Made by a program: the position numbers and the translations under genes
Assembly (NCBI GenBank): GCA_963840455.1
Contig: CAWIYV010000004.1
Coordinates: 128,001-192,000, forward strand
DNA: 64,000 nt
Direction: 5' to 3'
DNA from: Nitrospirota bacterium
GTDB lineage: Bacteria > Nitrospirota > UBA9217
In this document: positions 48,538-58,939 of the stretch, one piece after another
Numbering within the stretch: the first letter of the stretch is position 1
Layout: every line of letters begins with the position of its first letter
The notes under the pieces: model-generated
Seen by the model: only the letters and a program-made list of their open reading frames with translations
The model's database searches: none
What the model was told of the DNA's origin: nothing

Positions 48538-49527
48538 ATGATACATTCTGGCACCATGGTACAGGCCGGATCACCCATACGGTACCTTGTCCCGATGCTG
48601 GCCCTCCTGGTCGCGGCCCTCTGTATCGCCGTCGTTCCTGCAGTCCGCGCGGAGGACGGCCAGCCCGCCGTTCCGCCTACGCCTCCTCCCGAGTTCTACA
48701 AGATCGAGTTCGAACCTGATGCCTACTACACCAGCCTCGGCCTGTACCTCGCCCTGACCAAAGCTCCCATCCCCCATGTCGGCGAGCAGAGCGAGAAGGA
48801 CCTCTACCTGACCCTGCTCTCCCGGGCATACGCACCCCGCTTCCTGGTGATCGAGGGCAGCGTCAACCCCCTCCCCTATGCGGGCACCTATATCAAGGAA
48901 CATGATCCGTCGTTCTACGAGAACGCACAGGTAACTGGGAGCTTCAACTGGGTGCAGGCCGTCACCGCGGGGTTCGAGGAACCCTACGCCGTGTCGGCCT
49001 TTCTGGGGAACATCGTGGATTTCTCCCTGCCCGGGAGCAAGGAGAGCAAAGGCATCGGCTACAGCGGGCTGCTGTACAGCCAGGGGACCTACCACATCAA
49101 GAACAATACGCTCATCCGGGACGACTGGTGGGAGCTGGAATGGAAGGTGAAGGGCGACCGGAAGAAATCAGACCAGAAGCTGAGCTGGAGCTTCCGCTTC
49201 GGCGCCAAGCTCCATGGAAATCCCGACATCACGGACATCTACTACGTCTCCTTCCGCCGGAGCAGGCTTGACTACCGGCCAAAGCGGGACACGATCTTCA
49301 ACAATAGCGGGTTCGAGTACACCATGGACCTGAAAAAGAACACCTTCACGCCGATGCGGCACTACTTCTTCGTCGAGAAGAAGTGGCCGCTTGAGGGAAA
49401 GAAGATGGCCTTCGCCCTGGCAACGGGATTCGTGTGGGAGTCCGCCGACAAGTATTCAGGTGAGCTCGCGACCGGCAAGCAGGGCAGCAGCACCCAGATC
49501 ATCCTCCGGCCGAACATCGAGTTCTGA
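48538..49527 (+). CDS. Hypothetical exported / outer-membrane protein (start uncertain)
   Basis: Signal-like segment, amphipathic beta strands, C-terminal Phe. Confidence 0.7.
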   Translation: MIHSGTMVQAGSPIRYLVPMLALLVAALCIAVVPAVRAEDGQPAVPPTPPPEFYKIEFEPDAYYTSLGLYLALTKAPIPHVGEQSEKDLYLTLLSRAYAPRFLVIEGSVNPLPYAGTYIKEHDPSFYENAQVTGSFNWVQAVTAGFEEPYAVSAFLGNIVDFSLPGSKESKGIGYSGLLYSQGTYHIKNNTLIRDDWWELEWKVKGDRKKSDQKLSWSFRFGAKLHGNPDITDIYYVSFRRSRLDYRPKRDTIFNNSGFEYTMDLKKNTFTPMRHYFFVEKKWPLEGKKMAFALATGFVWESADKYSGELATGKQGSSTQIILRPNIEF

Positions 49528-49614
49528 GAATCCGCTTCAAGCCAAGCAAATTATCTGCATGAAGGGGGATGGACATTCTGCCCATCCCCTTGTCGTCAAC
49601 CGACCCTCACACTC

Positions 49615-49651
49615 GCGGTAATTTCTCCCGCTGCGGTAATTTCTCCCGCTT
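49615..49651. repeat. Short tandem direct repeat
   Basis: GCGGTAATTTCTCCCGCT twice. Confidence 0.7.
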
Positions 49652-49931
49652 CTGTTCTTTTCCCAGGAGCATGGTTCTCATCTGTTCGTACAGGCCGTTC
49701 CATTGCACGGGATCAGCTCCACCAAACATGTCTTATTGGTATTCATAAAAAGGAGACATGCCCGCGGGCAAGTGTCAAATTCTAATTTCAATTTGACGAC
49801 ATGCGATACTGCGGAATATCCATAGAAGATGCTGAGATTCTGACGTAATGGTTATACGGTATCGATGCGGGTATGCGCAATCACCCTGAAGGGGTAACAA
49901 TGGGGGAGGAATCTTTGAAGAATTGCTCCGC

Positions 49932-51125
49932 TTATTCGGAGCTTTCCTCAGGAGCACGGGGGCCAGCGCTGGCTGAAGGAGCTGTCCGGAGTTCCGGCGC
50001 CAGGATCTGTTCCCGCGTTATGCTGTCCAGGGGAACGGTCAAGACCTCGAAGGACGTAAGCGGCGGATCGAGCGCGTTCAGGAGGGTCCGGGCGCGCTCC
50101 TCGTCGGCAGCGCAGGCCAGCGCCCGGATCTCCGTTCCCTCCCGGACGACCGTGACGCTTTCCGGGACATCCATCGGTCCACCGGCGTCCGTCTGTGCCG
50201 CGCCGGCGAAAGCCGCCATTACGGAGCGGTCCAGCGTGGTCATGATGCGCTTGCCGCCGCGGTACAGTTCCTGCTCGGAGAGGAAGGAGAGCAACACCTG
50301 CTGAAGCGCCCGCAGATGACAGGGCCTGACATTCTCGATCCCGGCCGATGGCAGATCGAACCGCTTTGAGGACTGGTCGCGGAGCTGCAGGGGCTCGGCA
50401 AGCGCCTGCTGGTATTCCTCCTGGGTCAGCAGCTTCGCCTGCTGCATGTTGAACAGCACCTGCTCCTGCCGATGGCGCGCCTTGTCCGGCCGTTTAAAAG
50501 GATCATAGTACTTCGGGTTCGGCAGCATGCCGGCGAGCAGCGCAGCCTCAGCGTTCGTCAGCTCCGCGGCATGCTTGTCAAAGAAATAACGGCTCGCTGC
50601 CTCGATGCCGTGCAGGTCGGGCCCCCACTCCACCTCGTTCAGATAGATCTCGAGGATCTGTCGCTTGGTCAGGACCTCCTCGGCCCGCCGGGCAAGCACG
50701 AACTCCCGCAGTTTCCTCCCGATAGTCTTCTCCTTCGACAGCAGTACGTTCTTGATCATCTGCTGGGTGATGGTGCTGCCGCCGCGGGCGAAGCGCTTCT
50801 TCTGCACGTCGTGCTTGAGCGCCTCCCAGACCGCCTTGTAGTTGACGCCTTCATGGCCGAAAAAGGTGTCGTCTTCGGCGGTCACGACCGCCTTGATGGC
50901 GATATCGGGCAGCGAGGAGATCGGCACCCAAACGCGGAACTTCCGTTCGTAGTAGGATGCGAGGGGCCTGCCGTTCCGGTCCAGCACCTCGGACGCTGCA
51001 GCAGGGCGATAGTGTTTCAGGACGGAGATGTCAGGAAGATTCCTGAGGGACAGGAACACCCAGACCGCGGGGACCAGGATGAGCAGCGCCAGAGCGGCAA
51101 ACCCCCAGAGAAGGATCTTTTTCAT
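49932..51125 (-). CDS. Peptidoglycan transglycosylase (GT51) without transpeptidase domain
   Basis: AEDDTFFGHEG, GGSTITQQ, RKLRE, ILEIYLN. Confidence 0.88.
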   Translation of the reverse strand: MKKILLWGFAALALLILVPAVWVFLSLRNLPDISVLKHYRPAAASEVLDRNGRPLASYYERKFRVWVPISSLPDIAIKAVVTAEDDTFFGHEGVNYKAVWEALKHDVQKKRFARGGSTITQQMIKNVLLSKEKTIGRKLREFVLARRAEEVLTKRQILEIYLNEVEWGPDLHGIEAASRYFFDKHAAELTNAEAALLAGMLPNPKYYDPFKRPDKARHRQEQVLFNMQQAKLLTQEEYQQALAEPLQLRDQSSKRFDLPSAGIENVRPCHLRALQQVLLSFLSEQELYRGGKRIMTTLDRSVMAAFAGAAQTDAGGPMDVPESVTVVREGTEIRALACAADEERARTLLNALDPPLTSFEVLTVPLDSITREQILAPELRTAPSASAGPRAPEESSE

Positions 51126-51134
51126 CGCAGGAGG

Positions 51135-51290
51135 TTACTTTTTCCCGGTTTCGTTCTTGTGATCGTGGTCATCCCTCCTACAGGAGGGACCAGGGTCGAT
51201 GCCTCAGCCACCGCCGCCGCGGCGGAGGGATCCGATCACGAGCAGGAACGCGATGCCGATGAGAATATTGATGAACTGGTTGTCACCCAT
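51135..51290 (-). CDS. Candidate small membrane selenoprotein (in-frame TGA at 51204..51206)
   Basis: MGDNQFINILIGIAFLLVIGSLRRGGGG-U-GIDPGPSCRRDDHDHKNETGKK*; hairpin at 51166..51192 just after the TGA. Confidence 0.55.
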
Positions 51291-51333
51291 GGTTTTCTTT
51301 TCCCCGTTGGTCTTGAAAGGATAATGTTACTGC

Positions 51334-51867
51334 CTACTCCTTCTTATCCAGCATGGCCTGAATGACCTGCTGTGCCGCAGGACTCATCCAGTCAGCTGCG
51401 CCGATGATCTTTCGCCGGACTACCCCCCCGCGGTCGACAAGATAGGTCTCGGGGAACTTGAAGGTTCCATAGGCCCTTGATACGGACTGGTCGGGGTTCA
51501 GGAGCACCGGCAGGGCAAAGCGGTTCTTCTGCATGAACTGCCCGACGGCGCCTGCTCCGCCTTCGTCCACGCTCACGGCGAGGATCTCGAGGTCCCTGCC
51601 GAAATAGGCACGGTACAGGCGCTCCAGCGTCGGGATCTCCTCGACGCACGGCGGGCACCAGGTCGCCCAGAAGTGCACCACCACGACCTTGCCGCGGTAC
51701 GATGACAGGTTCACCGTCCTCCCGTCCAGCGACGGGAGCTGGAACTCGGGCGCGCGATCACCTTCCTGAACGATCCTCACCCGCTGCCCGCCGTTCTGCC
51801 CGAAGAGGAACAGGGCCCCGACAACTGCCAGGACCGCGATGACGATGATCAACGCATTTTTCTTCAT
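51334..51867 (-). CDS. TlpA/ResA-like thiol-disulfide oxidoreductase
   Basis: FWATWCPPC, FPETY, N-terminal anchor. Confidence 0.92.
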   Translation of the reverse strand: MKKNALIIVIAVLAVVGALFLFGQNGGQRVRIVQEGDRAPEFQLPSLDGRTVNLSSYRGKVVVVHFWATWCPPCVEEIPTLERLYRAYFGRDLEILAVSVDEGGAGAVGQFMQKNRFALPVLLNPDQSVSRAYGTFKFPETYLVDRGGVVRRKIIGAADWMSPAAQQVIQAMLDKKE

Positions 51868-51910
51868 CCTCTCACAGACCTCCCTTGTCGACGAGCGCTC
51901 CCGCGAAGCA

Positions 51911-51930
51911 CCCCGCAGCAAGCTGCGGGG
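51911..51930. repeat. Short GC-rich hairpin (REP / IS200-IS605 end-like); degenerate copy at 35428..35447
   Basis: CCCCGCAGC-AA-GCTGCGGGG. Confidence 0.5.
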
Positions 51931-52043
51931 CATGCATTCGTTCCTGGGCGCATGAACGGAAATGCATTATACCGCGGCGTGAGCGGGCGGGCAAGGAAAA
52001 ATGTGGTTTTAAAAACAGAACCCCTCTGTTATAATGAACATCT

Positions 52044-53864
52044 ATGATCCGCGAGATCAAACTGCTGGGGAAGGCCAATGACAAGGTCGACTATTCCGTG
52101 ACCATCACGGGCGCGGACCTCAGCAACCGCTATTACTACGAGTCGGTCCCCGAGGGGGACCGGTTCTTTTCGGGCGGGAACGAGTTCATCATAACCAAGA
52201 CCGGCGTCCGCTACATGGGGACCGGCGGTCACGTCTGCCAGTACATGTTCGGTGTTGATCTTCCGCTCAAAGACCTGCTCCGCAAGGACGTGGCGAACCG
52301 TCTCGTGATGTTCGGGGCCTATTACGACAAGGCCGACAGCATTACGTTCAGCAACACCACGGCCGGCGAGGAGTCCTTCGACCGCATCTTCCTCACAGGC
52401 AACGCTGTTTCCAACTTTTTTTTCTTCGTGGACACAACGCTGAAGGCCGAGATTCGGGAGGTCCAGCGGGATGTCCTCCGGAAGCTGGGCAAGCAGGTGA
52501 AGCGGAGCGAGGCCGTGGGCGTGCGCGACGATTCCCGCTTCTGCCGGGAGATCTTCGACGCCCTGGAGGACCCCAGGGCCTTCGTGTTCCTGTTCCGGCT
52601 CGTCAACCTGCACACCGAGGAATACTTCGCCACGTTCAACAAGATGTACGCCGAGCACAAGCAGATCCCCCCTCACGACATGGAGATCCTGAGCGCCCTC
52701 GCCGACCTCCACGACCTCGCCCCCTACCAGCAGGAGCGCATCAAGATCGACGGCATGTACAAGCTGACCGAGAACAAGAAGGTCGTCGACGAGTACAAGG
52801 ACATCCTGATCGCCGTCTCGGAGACGGGCGAGGTAAGCCCATCAGAGCTGGCCAAGCTCTCGCGGCTCCGGACACTGAGCCTCCGCCTCAACATCCCGAA
52901 CAACCTGTTCGATACCCTCGACGAGCTCCTGCTCAAGGACATGCAGATCATCGAGGTGGAAGAGCCGGACTACATCCGGGAGACCCGGGCCATCTGCGAA
53001 GGGTTCTTCCTGAAGACCGGCGATCTCCGCGGACACGTGGTGCCGGAGGATCTCATCAAGCTGCTGAAGGCCAAGCAGCGGTCCATGACGAACCGGGACC
53101 CTGCCTTTGAAAGCTTGCTGCTGGACACGGTCCGCGCCTGCGACGAGAACGCCCGCGACACCAACGACATGACCATCCTGGAGGGCATGAGCCAGGTCCT
53201 GACCTATTTCGACCGGTACGACAGCGCCGCCACCGTGATCAACAACCTGGCGTTCATGGAGCGGTCATCCCTCAATGAGGACAACATCCGGAGCCTCGCC
53301 GGCAACATGGACATCTTCGACAAGGTGAAAAAGGGGTTCTTTCACGAGCTCTTCATTGCCGACCTGAAGGAGAACCGCTACCTGACCCGCTACGGACGGA
53401 AAAAGGTCGACACGCTGTACCGGGGGCTGGAGAAGATCCGCTCCGGCGATACCACCTACCGCGAGCTGGCCGCGACGCTCAACACCGTCAATGCCGAGGA
53501 GCGCATCTACACGACCATCCACCGCTACATCAAGGAGCGGTTCAAGAGCATCTATGCCGAGCTGAACTCCAAGGAGGATCAGGAGATATTCATCCAGGAC
53601 CTGAACCGGGAGGTCCAGGCCAAGGGCCTCACCAAAGGGCCCGTCCCCCACGCCATTTACGAAGAGATCATCCTGGACATCCGGAAGGAGTCGTTCTACC
53701 TCAACAACCTCCTGCCTCACATCATAGTCTCCCGCGACAACCGGGTCCGCGAGGACTTCCTCACCAACAGCGGTCTCGACCGGTTCTACGTCGAGGAGCT
53801 GGAACGTGATTACTTCGACATGAACCAGATTGACATCTACATCCTCGAGGAGCTGAGAAAGTAG
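52044..53864 (+). CDS. Conserved hypothetical cytoplasmic protein (resembles TIGR04442 family, from memory)
   Basis: 606-aa ORF with host-like codon usage, 2 nt upstream of lptF. Confidence 0.7.
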   Translation: MIREIKLLGKANDKVDYSVTITGADLSNRYYYESVPEGDRFFSGGNEFIITKTGVRYMGTGGHVCQYMFGVDLPLKDLLRKDVANRLVMFGAYYDKADSITFSNTTAGEESFDRIFLTGNAVSNFFFFVDTTLKAEIREVQRDVLRKLGKQVKRSEAVGVRDDSRFCREIFDALEDPRAFVFLFRLVNLHTEEYFATFNKMYAEHKQIPPHDMEILSALADLHDLAPYQQERIKIDGMYKLTENKKVVDEYKDILIAVSETGEVSPSELAKLSRLRTLSLRLNIPNNLFDTLDELLLKDMQIIEVEEPDYIRETRAICEGFFLKTGDLRGHVVPEDLIKLLKAKQRSMTNRDPAFESLLLDTVRACDENARDTNDMTILEGMSQVLTYFDRYDSAATVINNLAFMERSSLNEDNIRSLAGNMDIFDKVKKGFFHELFIADLKENRYLTRYGRKKVDTLYRGLEKIRSGDTTYRELAATLNTVNAEERIYTTIHRYIKERFKSIYAELNSKEDQEIFIQDLNREVQAKGLTKGPVPHAIYEEIILDIRKESFYLNNLLPHIIVSRDNRVREDFLTNSGLDRFYVEELERDYFDMNQIDIYILEELRK

Positions 53865-53866
53865 CC

Positions 53867-55054
53867 ATGTTCAGAGCGAAGATCCTCGACCGGTACATCA
53901 TGCGCGAGCTCCTGGCTCCCTTCTTCCTGAGCATCGCCGTCCTCACGCTTGCCCTCTTTCTGCAGAAGATGTTCCGACTCACGGAGCTGGTGCTGTCCAA
54001 GGGGTCCTCGCTCGCCGAGACGGGCAAGCTTCTCCTGTACATCATGCCCGGCTTCCTCGCGATGACCATCCCCATATCGCTGCTGGTCGCAGCGCTTACG
54101 GCCTTCGCCCGTCTCTCATCGGACTCGGAGGTGACGGCCATGAAGGCGTCCCGGGTGAGCCTCTACGCCATGGTCCGCCCGGTGATGAAGTTCTCCATCG
54201 TCCTGTTCTTCGTCACCGCCGTCATCGCCCACTTTCTGGCTCCCCGCGCCACGTTCGCCTTCAAGGCGCAGCTCTTCAACATGCTGAAGGCACGGGCCAT
54301 GGTGGGCCTGGAGCAGGGCATATTCAGCAGCACCTTCGACGGGATGGTCATCTACGTGGACAAGATGAATTCCCTGGACGACATACAGGGGATCTTCATC
54401 TCCGACGAGCGTTCAGGGAGCGAACCGTACACCATCGTGGCGAAGCAGGGCCGGCTCATCACCAACATGGAGAACCTGAATGTCACCCTGATCATGGAGC
54501 ACGGCTCCATCCATCTGCAGCCGCGCGCAGAGGACGTCTACTCGCTCATGTTCTTCGACTCGGGACGGCTCAACATCGACATCAACCGCGCGACCATGAG
54601 ATACAGCGGCTCCGGGCGAAACATCGATGAGATGGACAGCCGCGAGCTGCTCGGGGCGCTGCGGCAGGCGCGCACGGCAGGAGAGCCCACCAAGAACATC
54701 GAGATCGAGTTCCAGAAGCGCATGTCCATCTCCTACGCCTGCCTGGTCTTCGGGCTCATCGGAGCCCCCCTTGGCATCCGAAAGAGCCGCACAGGGAGAT
54801 CGGCGGGCATCGCCGTCTCCATCCTCGTGATCCTCGTGTACTACCTCATCCTCGGGACGGCCTCAAGGCTTGCGCAAAGTGGTGCCGTATCGCCGGCCGC
54901 CGCGACCTGGGTCCCGAACGGTCTGATCACCGTCGCCGCCGTCGCGATGGTGGTGAAAAAGGGCGACGAGATCTACTTCGGAATAGGGCCCCGCATCAGT
55001 GCCCTGGTGCGCCGCCTGGCGTCGTTCTTCCGGCGAGGGGGACATACACCATGA
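53867..55054 (+). CDS. lptF: LPS export ABC permease LptF
   Basis: ILDRYI, RLSSDSEVTAMKAS; paired with lptG. Confidence 0.9.
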   Translation: MFRAKILDRYIMRELLAPFFLSIAVLTLALFLQKMFRLTELVLSKGSSLAETGKLLLYIMPGFLAMTIPISLLVAALTAFARLSSDSEVTAMKASRVSLYAMVRPVMKFSIVLFFVTAVIAHFLAPRATFAFKAQLFNMLKARAMVGLEQGIFSSTFDGMVIYVDKMNSLDDIQGIFISDERSGSEPYTIVAKQGRLITNMENLNVTLIMEHGSIHLQPRAEDVYSLMFFDSGRLNIDINRATMRYSGSGRNIDEMDSRELLGALRQARTAGEPTKNIEIEFQKRMSISYACLVFGLIGAPLGIRKSRTGRSAGIAVSILVILVYYLILGTASRLAQSGAVSPAAATWVPNGLITVAAVAMVVKKGDEIYFGIGPRISALVRRLASFFRRGGHTP

Positions 55055-56136
55055 AGCTGCTCGACCGCTACATATTCATGGCATTCTTCAGGACCTCGTT
55101 CATGGTCCTCGCGGGGATCGTGGTCCTCTTCCTCTGCATGACATTCCTGAGGGAGGCCGACGACTTCATCAAGTACAAGGCCACCTTTGCCCAGATCGCA
55201 GCATATTATCTCTACAGCATTCCCAGCATGGCGGGCCAGGCCCTTCCGTTTGCCGCGCTCATCGGGACCCTGCTCTCCCTGGGGAACCTTTCCCGCCACC
55301 AGGAGATCACCGCCATGCGCGCCGGCGGGGTCAGCCTCATCGGCATCATTGTCCCGGTCCTCGTTGGCGGCATCCTGATCTCGGGCCTCGGGTTCGTGAA
55401 CAACGAGATGATCATGCCGGTCTACACCGCCCGTGCCGCGTTCATCCGGAATGTGGAAGTGGAGAAAAAACAGCAGCGGGTCATCTTCCAGCAGCGCCGC
55501 CTCTGGCTCCGGGGGCCGGACAACAGCATCGCGAACATCGACCTCGTTACGCCGGACCGGAAGGAGATGATCGGCGTCAACATTTACAAGTTGAATCCCG
55601 ATTTCAGTGTCCGCGAGCGGATCAAGGCCGGGCGGCTCGTCTGGGAGGACACCGCCTGGAAGCTCCGGGAGAGCCAGAAGTTCGTCACCCGGGACGACGC
55701 CATCATCTCCCAGAAGGCGGACGGCGAGGTATACAACATCGTGGACAGGCCCGAGGACATGGGGATGATCGTCAAGAGCTCCGAGGAGATGAACTTTACC
55801 GAGCTCTGGGATTACGTACGGAAGCTCAAAGGCAGCGGGTACAAGGCGGTACGGTACGAGGTGGACCTGCACGGAAAGGTCGCCTACCCCTTTGCGAGCC
55901 TCCTGATGGTCATGATCGCCACCCCCTTCTCGCTCCAGCGGGTGCGGAGCGGTGGAGCGGCCCGCGGCATCGCCCTGTCCCTGCTTATCGCCACGGTGTA
56001 CTGGGCACTCACCAGCGGCGGCAGAGCCCTCGGGCTTTCCGGTGCAATGCCACCTCTCCAGGCCGCATGGCTTGCCAACACGGTCTTCGCGGTCCTGGCG
56101 ATTGCTGCCATCGTCCGGATGCAGCGGCAAGTGTAG
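55051..56136 (+). CDS. lptG: LPS export ABC permease LptG
   Basis: LLDRYI, EITAMRAGGVS, AAWLAN. Confidence 0.9.
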   Translation: MKLLDRYIFMAFFRTSFMVLAGIVVLFLCMTFLREADDFIKYKATFAQIAAYYLYSIPSMAGQALPFAALIGTLLSLGNLSRHQEITAMRAGGVSLIGIIVPVLVGGILISGLGFVNNEMIMPVYTARAAFIRNVEVEKKQQRVIFQQRRLWLRGPDNSIANIDLVTPDRKEMIGVNIYKLNPDFSVRERIKAGRLVWEDTAWKLRESQKFVTRDDAIISQKADGEVYNIVDRPEDMGMIVKSSEEMNFTELWDYVRKLKGSGYKAVRYEVDLHGKVAYPFASLLMVMIATPFSLQRVRSGGAARGIALSLLIATVYWALTSGGRALGLSGAMPPLQAAWLANTVFAVLAIAAIVRMQRQV

Positions 56137-56197
56137 GATCGTTGACAAGAACTGGCCATGGTGTTACGGTGTAATCAAGGAGCGCTGACGAAACGGC

Positions 56198-56626
56198 ATG
56201 AAAAGACTTTTCTTCTCCCAGAGCATGCTTGACAGCATGGTGGAAGCGGGTAAGATCAAGGTGGACAAGGGCATCCTGACCATGCTTGCCGGAGACCACC
56301 CGACCTTCTCGCTGCACCCTGCGTTCCGCATCGTCAGGACCATTGACGACGGCGCGGACCCCAACGGCCTCGTGGGCCAGATACGGTCCGAGGCGGGGCT
56401 CAGGGAGCTGGGCGCCGAGACCTATATGGACTCGGTCATCTATAAGGATATTGCCTACCAGGCGGACACCGGCTTCATTGCCGAGAAACGGGTGCCTGTA
56501 CAGGCAACGGAAGCGAAGACCGCGCCGAAGCCTGCGGAGCAGCCCGCGGCAGTCGCCGAGCCCCCTGCGGATACGGCCAAGGACGCGAACGATCTGTCCA
56601 AGTTCATCCTGGACAACCTGCTCTGA
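56198..56626 (+). CDS. Hypothetical protein
   Basis: 142-aa ORF overlapping the next start (TGATG). Confidence 0.75.
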   Translation: MKRLFFSQSMLDSMVEAGKIKVDKGILTMLAGDHPTFSLHPAFRIVRTIDDGADPNGLVGQIRSEAGLRELGAETYMDSVIYKDIAYQADTGFIAEKRVPVQATEAKTAPKPAEQPAAVAEPPADTAKDANDLSKFILDNLL

Positions 56627-57318
56627 TGCCAGACCGTTCCTCCCCGCTCACACGGACCGGCAAGGTCCTGCTCGGCATCGCGCTCCTTCCCTTCTGTGCA
56701 GGATTCGCCTGGCAGCTCGCCGTCATTTCCATGAGGGTCACGTACCAACCCCTCGTTCCCTACTGGTTCGCCGGCGGGTTCATCCTCTACGTCGTCATCC
56801 ACTTCCTGTTCAAGAAGCCGATCCTGAGCTATGTCGTGGGTCACGAACTGACCCACGCGCTCTTCGCCGTCCTGTTCGGCGGCTCCGTAAAGTCCTTCCA
56901 CGCCAGCGAAAAGGGAGGCCAGGTCCAGATCACCAAATCGAACTTCATCATCACCCTGGCGCCCTACTTCTTCCCGCTCTACACCTTCTTCGCCCTTGCC
57001 GCCTACTGGCTCGCCCGGGCCGCTGACGCCCCCGTGCTCGAGCCCTGGCTTGTCCTCATCGCCGGGGCTGCCTTCGCGTTCCATATCATCCTTACGCTGA
57101 TCTTCCTCCAGACCGACCAGAACGACATCAGCGAGCACGGCGCGTTCTTCTCCTACCCCCTCATTCTCCTGTTCAACATCGTCCTGACCGCGCTTCTTAT
57201 CCGTCTCCTGCTGGCGAGGGATATGAGCTACCTTGACTTTCTGGTTGATGGTATAATGAGGAGTGTCAGCCTGATCGTGCTGGGATCAGCGAAGCTATAC
57301 GGGTGGCTCGCGCGGTAG
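56626..57318 (+). CDS. Membrane zinc metallopeptidase (M50-like)
   Basis: HELTH motif in a TM context; LAPY. Confidence 0.75.
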   Translation: MPDRSSPLTRTGKVLLGIALLPFCAGFAWQLAVISMRVTYQPLVPYWFAGGFILYVVIHFLFKKPILSYVVGHELTHALFAVLFGGSVKSFHASEKGGQVQITKSNFIITLAPYFFPLYTFFALAAYWLARAADAPVLEPWLVLIAGAAFAFHIILTLIFLQTDQNDISEHGAFFSYPLILLFNIVLTALLIRLLLARDMSYLDFLVDGIMRSVSLIVLGSAKLYGWLAR

Positions 57319-57523
57319 CAGCGCTTCACCGTAGAATGGCAGAAAGATCGATCTTCACCACGGAGTCATGGAGAAAACTCCTTCAACGCTGATGATCGCT
57401 GATACAGTTTGATTGACGCAGAAACGTCTCATGATGGTCTGACAGCGAAAATCATAACCAATCATTATGTATGTCTGCGTTGAATTCTTTCTTCGTCCTC
57501 TGTGGTAGCGTGAGGTAAGGTTC

Positions 57524-58138
57524 ATGCTCATCGTGGGACTCACCGGCGGTATCGCCAGCGGCAAGAGCCTCGTGACCCGGGTCCTCCGGGACCTGGGCGC
57601 GCATATCATCGACGCGGACAAGATCGTCCATGACCTCCTGGCCCCCGGCCAGGACACCTGCCGCGAGGTGGTCGGACATTTCGGCAAAGAGGTACAATTA
57701 CCTGACGGTTCCATCGACCGGAGGAAGCTCGGCGATATCATCTTCAACCATCCTGAAGAACGCGCCTGGCTCAACCAGTGCATCCATCCCCGGGTGTTCG
57801 AGGCCTATAATCACCAGGTCCGACACCTCAGCGAGCGTCAGCCCGACGCCATCGTTATCATGGACGCTGCGCTGCTCATCGAGACCGGCTATCACAAGCA
57901 TATGGACAGGCTCATTGTGGTCTACGCAGATCAAAAGGCCCAGATGAAGCGTCTCATGGAGCGGGACCGGTTCACCCTGGAACAGGCCATGGCAAGGATA
58001 TCGAGCCAGATGCCGCTTGACGAGAAGCGAAAATACGCAGACTTCGTCATCGAGAACACCGGAACGCGCGAGGCAACTGAGCAGCAGACTCGGGAGATCT
58101 TCGCGAAGCTGAAGGCAGAGGCAGGCAGGCGGGAATAA
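57524..58138 (+). CDS. coaE: Dephospho-CoA kinase
   Basis: GLTGGIASGKS, IDAD, IHPRV. Confidence 0.95.
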   Translation: MLIVGLTGGIASGKSLVTRVLRDLGAHIIDADKIVHDLLAPGQDTCREVVGHFGKEVQLPDGSIDRRKLGDIIFNHPEERAWLNQCIHPRVFEAYNHQVRHLSERQPDAIVIMDAALLIETGYHKHMDRLIVVYADQKAQMKRLMERDRFTLEQAMARISSQMPLDEKRKYADFVIENTGTREATEQQTREIFAKLKAEAGRRE

Positions 58139-58166
58139 GCGGATGCAAAAACGGAGTCAAGCACCT

Positions 58167-58275
58167 ACCGCGAGGGCGCGAAGGTCGCCAGGCTTTGATT
58201 CTATAACTATGGTAAGCCGTGTTTTCCTTCGCGTTCTTCGCGTCTCGCTGAGAAGCGCCTACTTTTGGTCGCGGT
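58167..58275. repeat. CGCGAAG-type inverted tandem-repeat element
   Basis: ACCGCGAGGGCGCGAAGGTCGCCAGG ... CCTTCGCGTTCTTCGCGTC ... GCGGT. Confidence 0.7.
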
Positions 58276-58308
58276 TAAAATGATCTCTTTCTCTTTTGGA
58301 TCCACGTT

Positions 58309-58764
58309 ATGAAGAAATTACCCATCAAGGTTGTCCCCATGACCCGGGCACATATCCCGGCATGCAACGAGATCGTGGCGACGTCAGAACCGTGGAAGAC
58401 CCTGCGGGAGAGTGTCGACTTCCTTCCGTCCATCAAACGGAAGCATGCGTTCGTGGCGGTCATCGAAGGGTCCGTGGCCGGCTTCGTGATCTTCACGCCC
58501 GAACCAGTCTTCGCCCGAGGCGGGTACCTCCGCGCCATCGGCGTGGCATCTGCGATACGCGGGTTCGGCGTCGGAAAGCTCCTGATGGCTTTCGCCGAGA
58601 GAACGACGGCAAAGAAAGCCCCGAACTTCTTCCTCTGCGTCTCATCCTTTAACAAGCCTGCCCAGGCGTTCTACCGGAATAACGGGTATGCGAAGATCGG
58701 GAAGATCGATGGCCTGATCCGAAAGGGCGCTTCGGAGTATATCTATTGGAAGAAACTGCGGTAG
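58309..58764 (+). CDS. GNAT family acetyltransferase
   Basis: RGFGVG, AQAFYRNNGY. Confidence 0.88.
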   Translation: MKKLPIKVVPMTRAHIPACNEIVATSEPWKTLRESVDFLPSIKRKHAFVAVIEGSVAGFVIFTPEPVFARGGYLRAIGVASAIRGFGVGKLLMAFAERTTAKKAPNFFLCVSSFNKPAQAFYRNNGYAKIGKIDGLIRKGASEYIYWKKLR

Positions 58765-58939
58765 AAAGGGAATGTGCAACTAACTTCCTGTTCGTTGCAT
58801 GCGCTGCCATCACTGCGTTAATGCATAATACAAGCTCTATTCTTGAACATTCATCATTTAGGACTTAAATCCCAAATTCCCTTGTGCTTCTCTCTTTCTG
58901 ACTATCGGGGTGGTACCGTTTTTAGGGGGGCAAGAGGAT

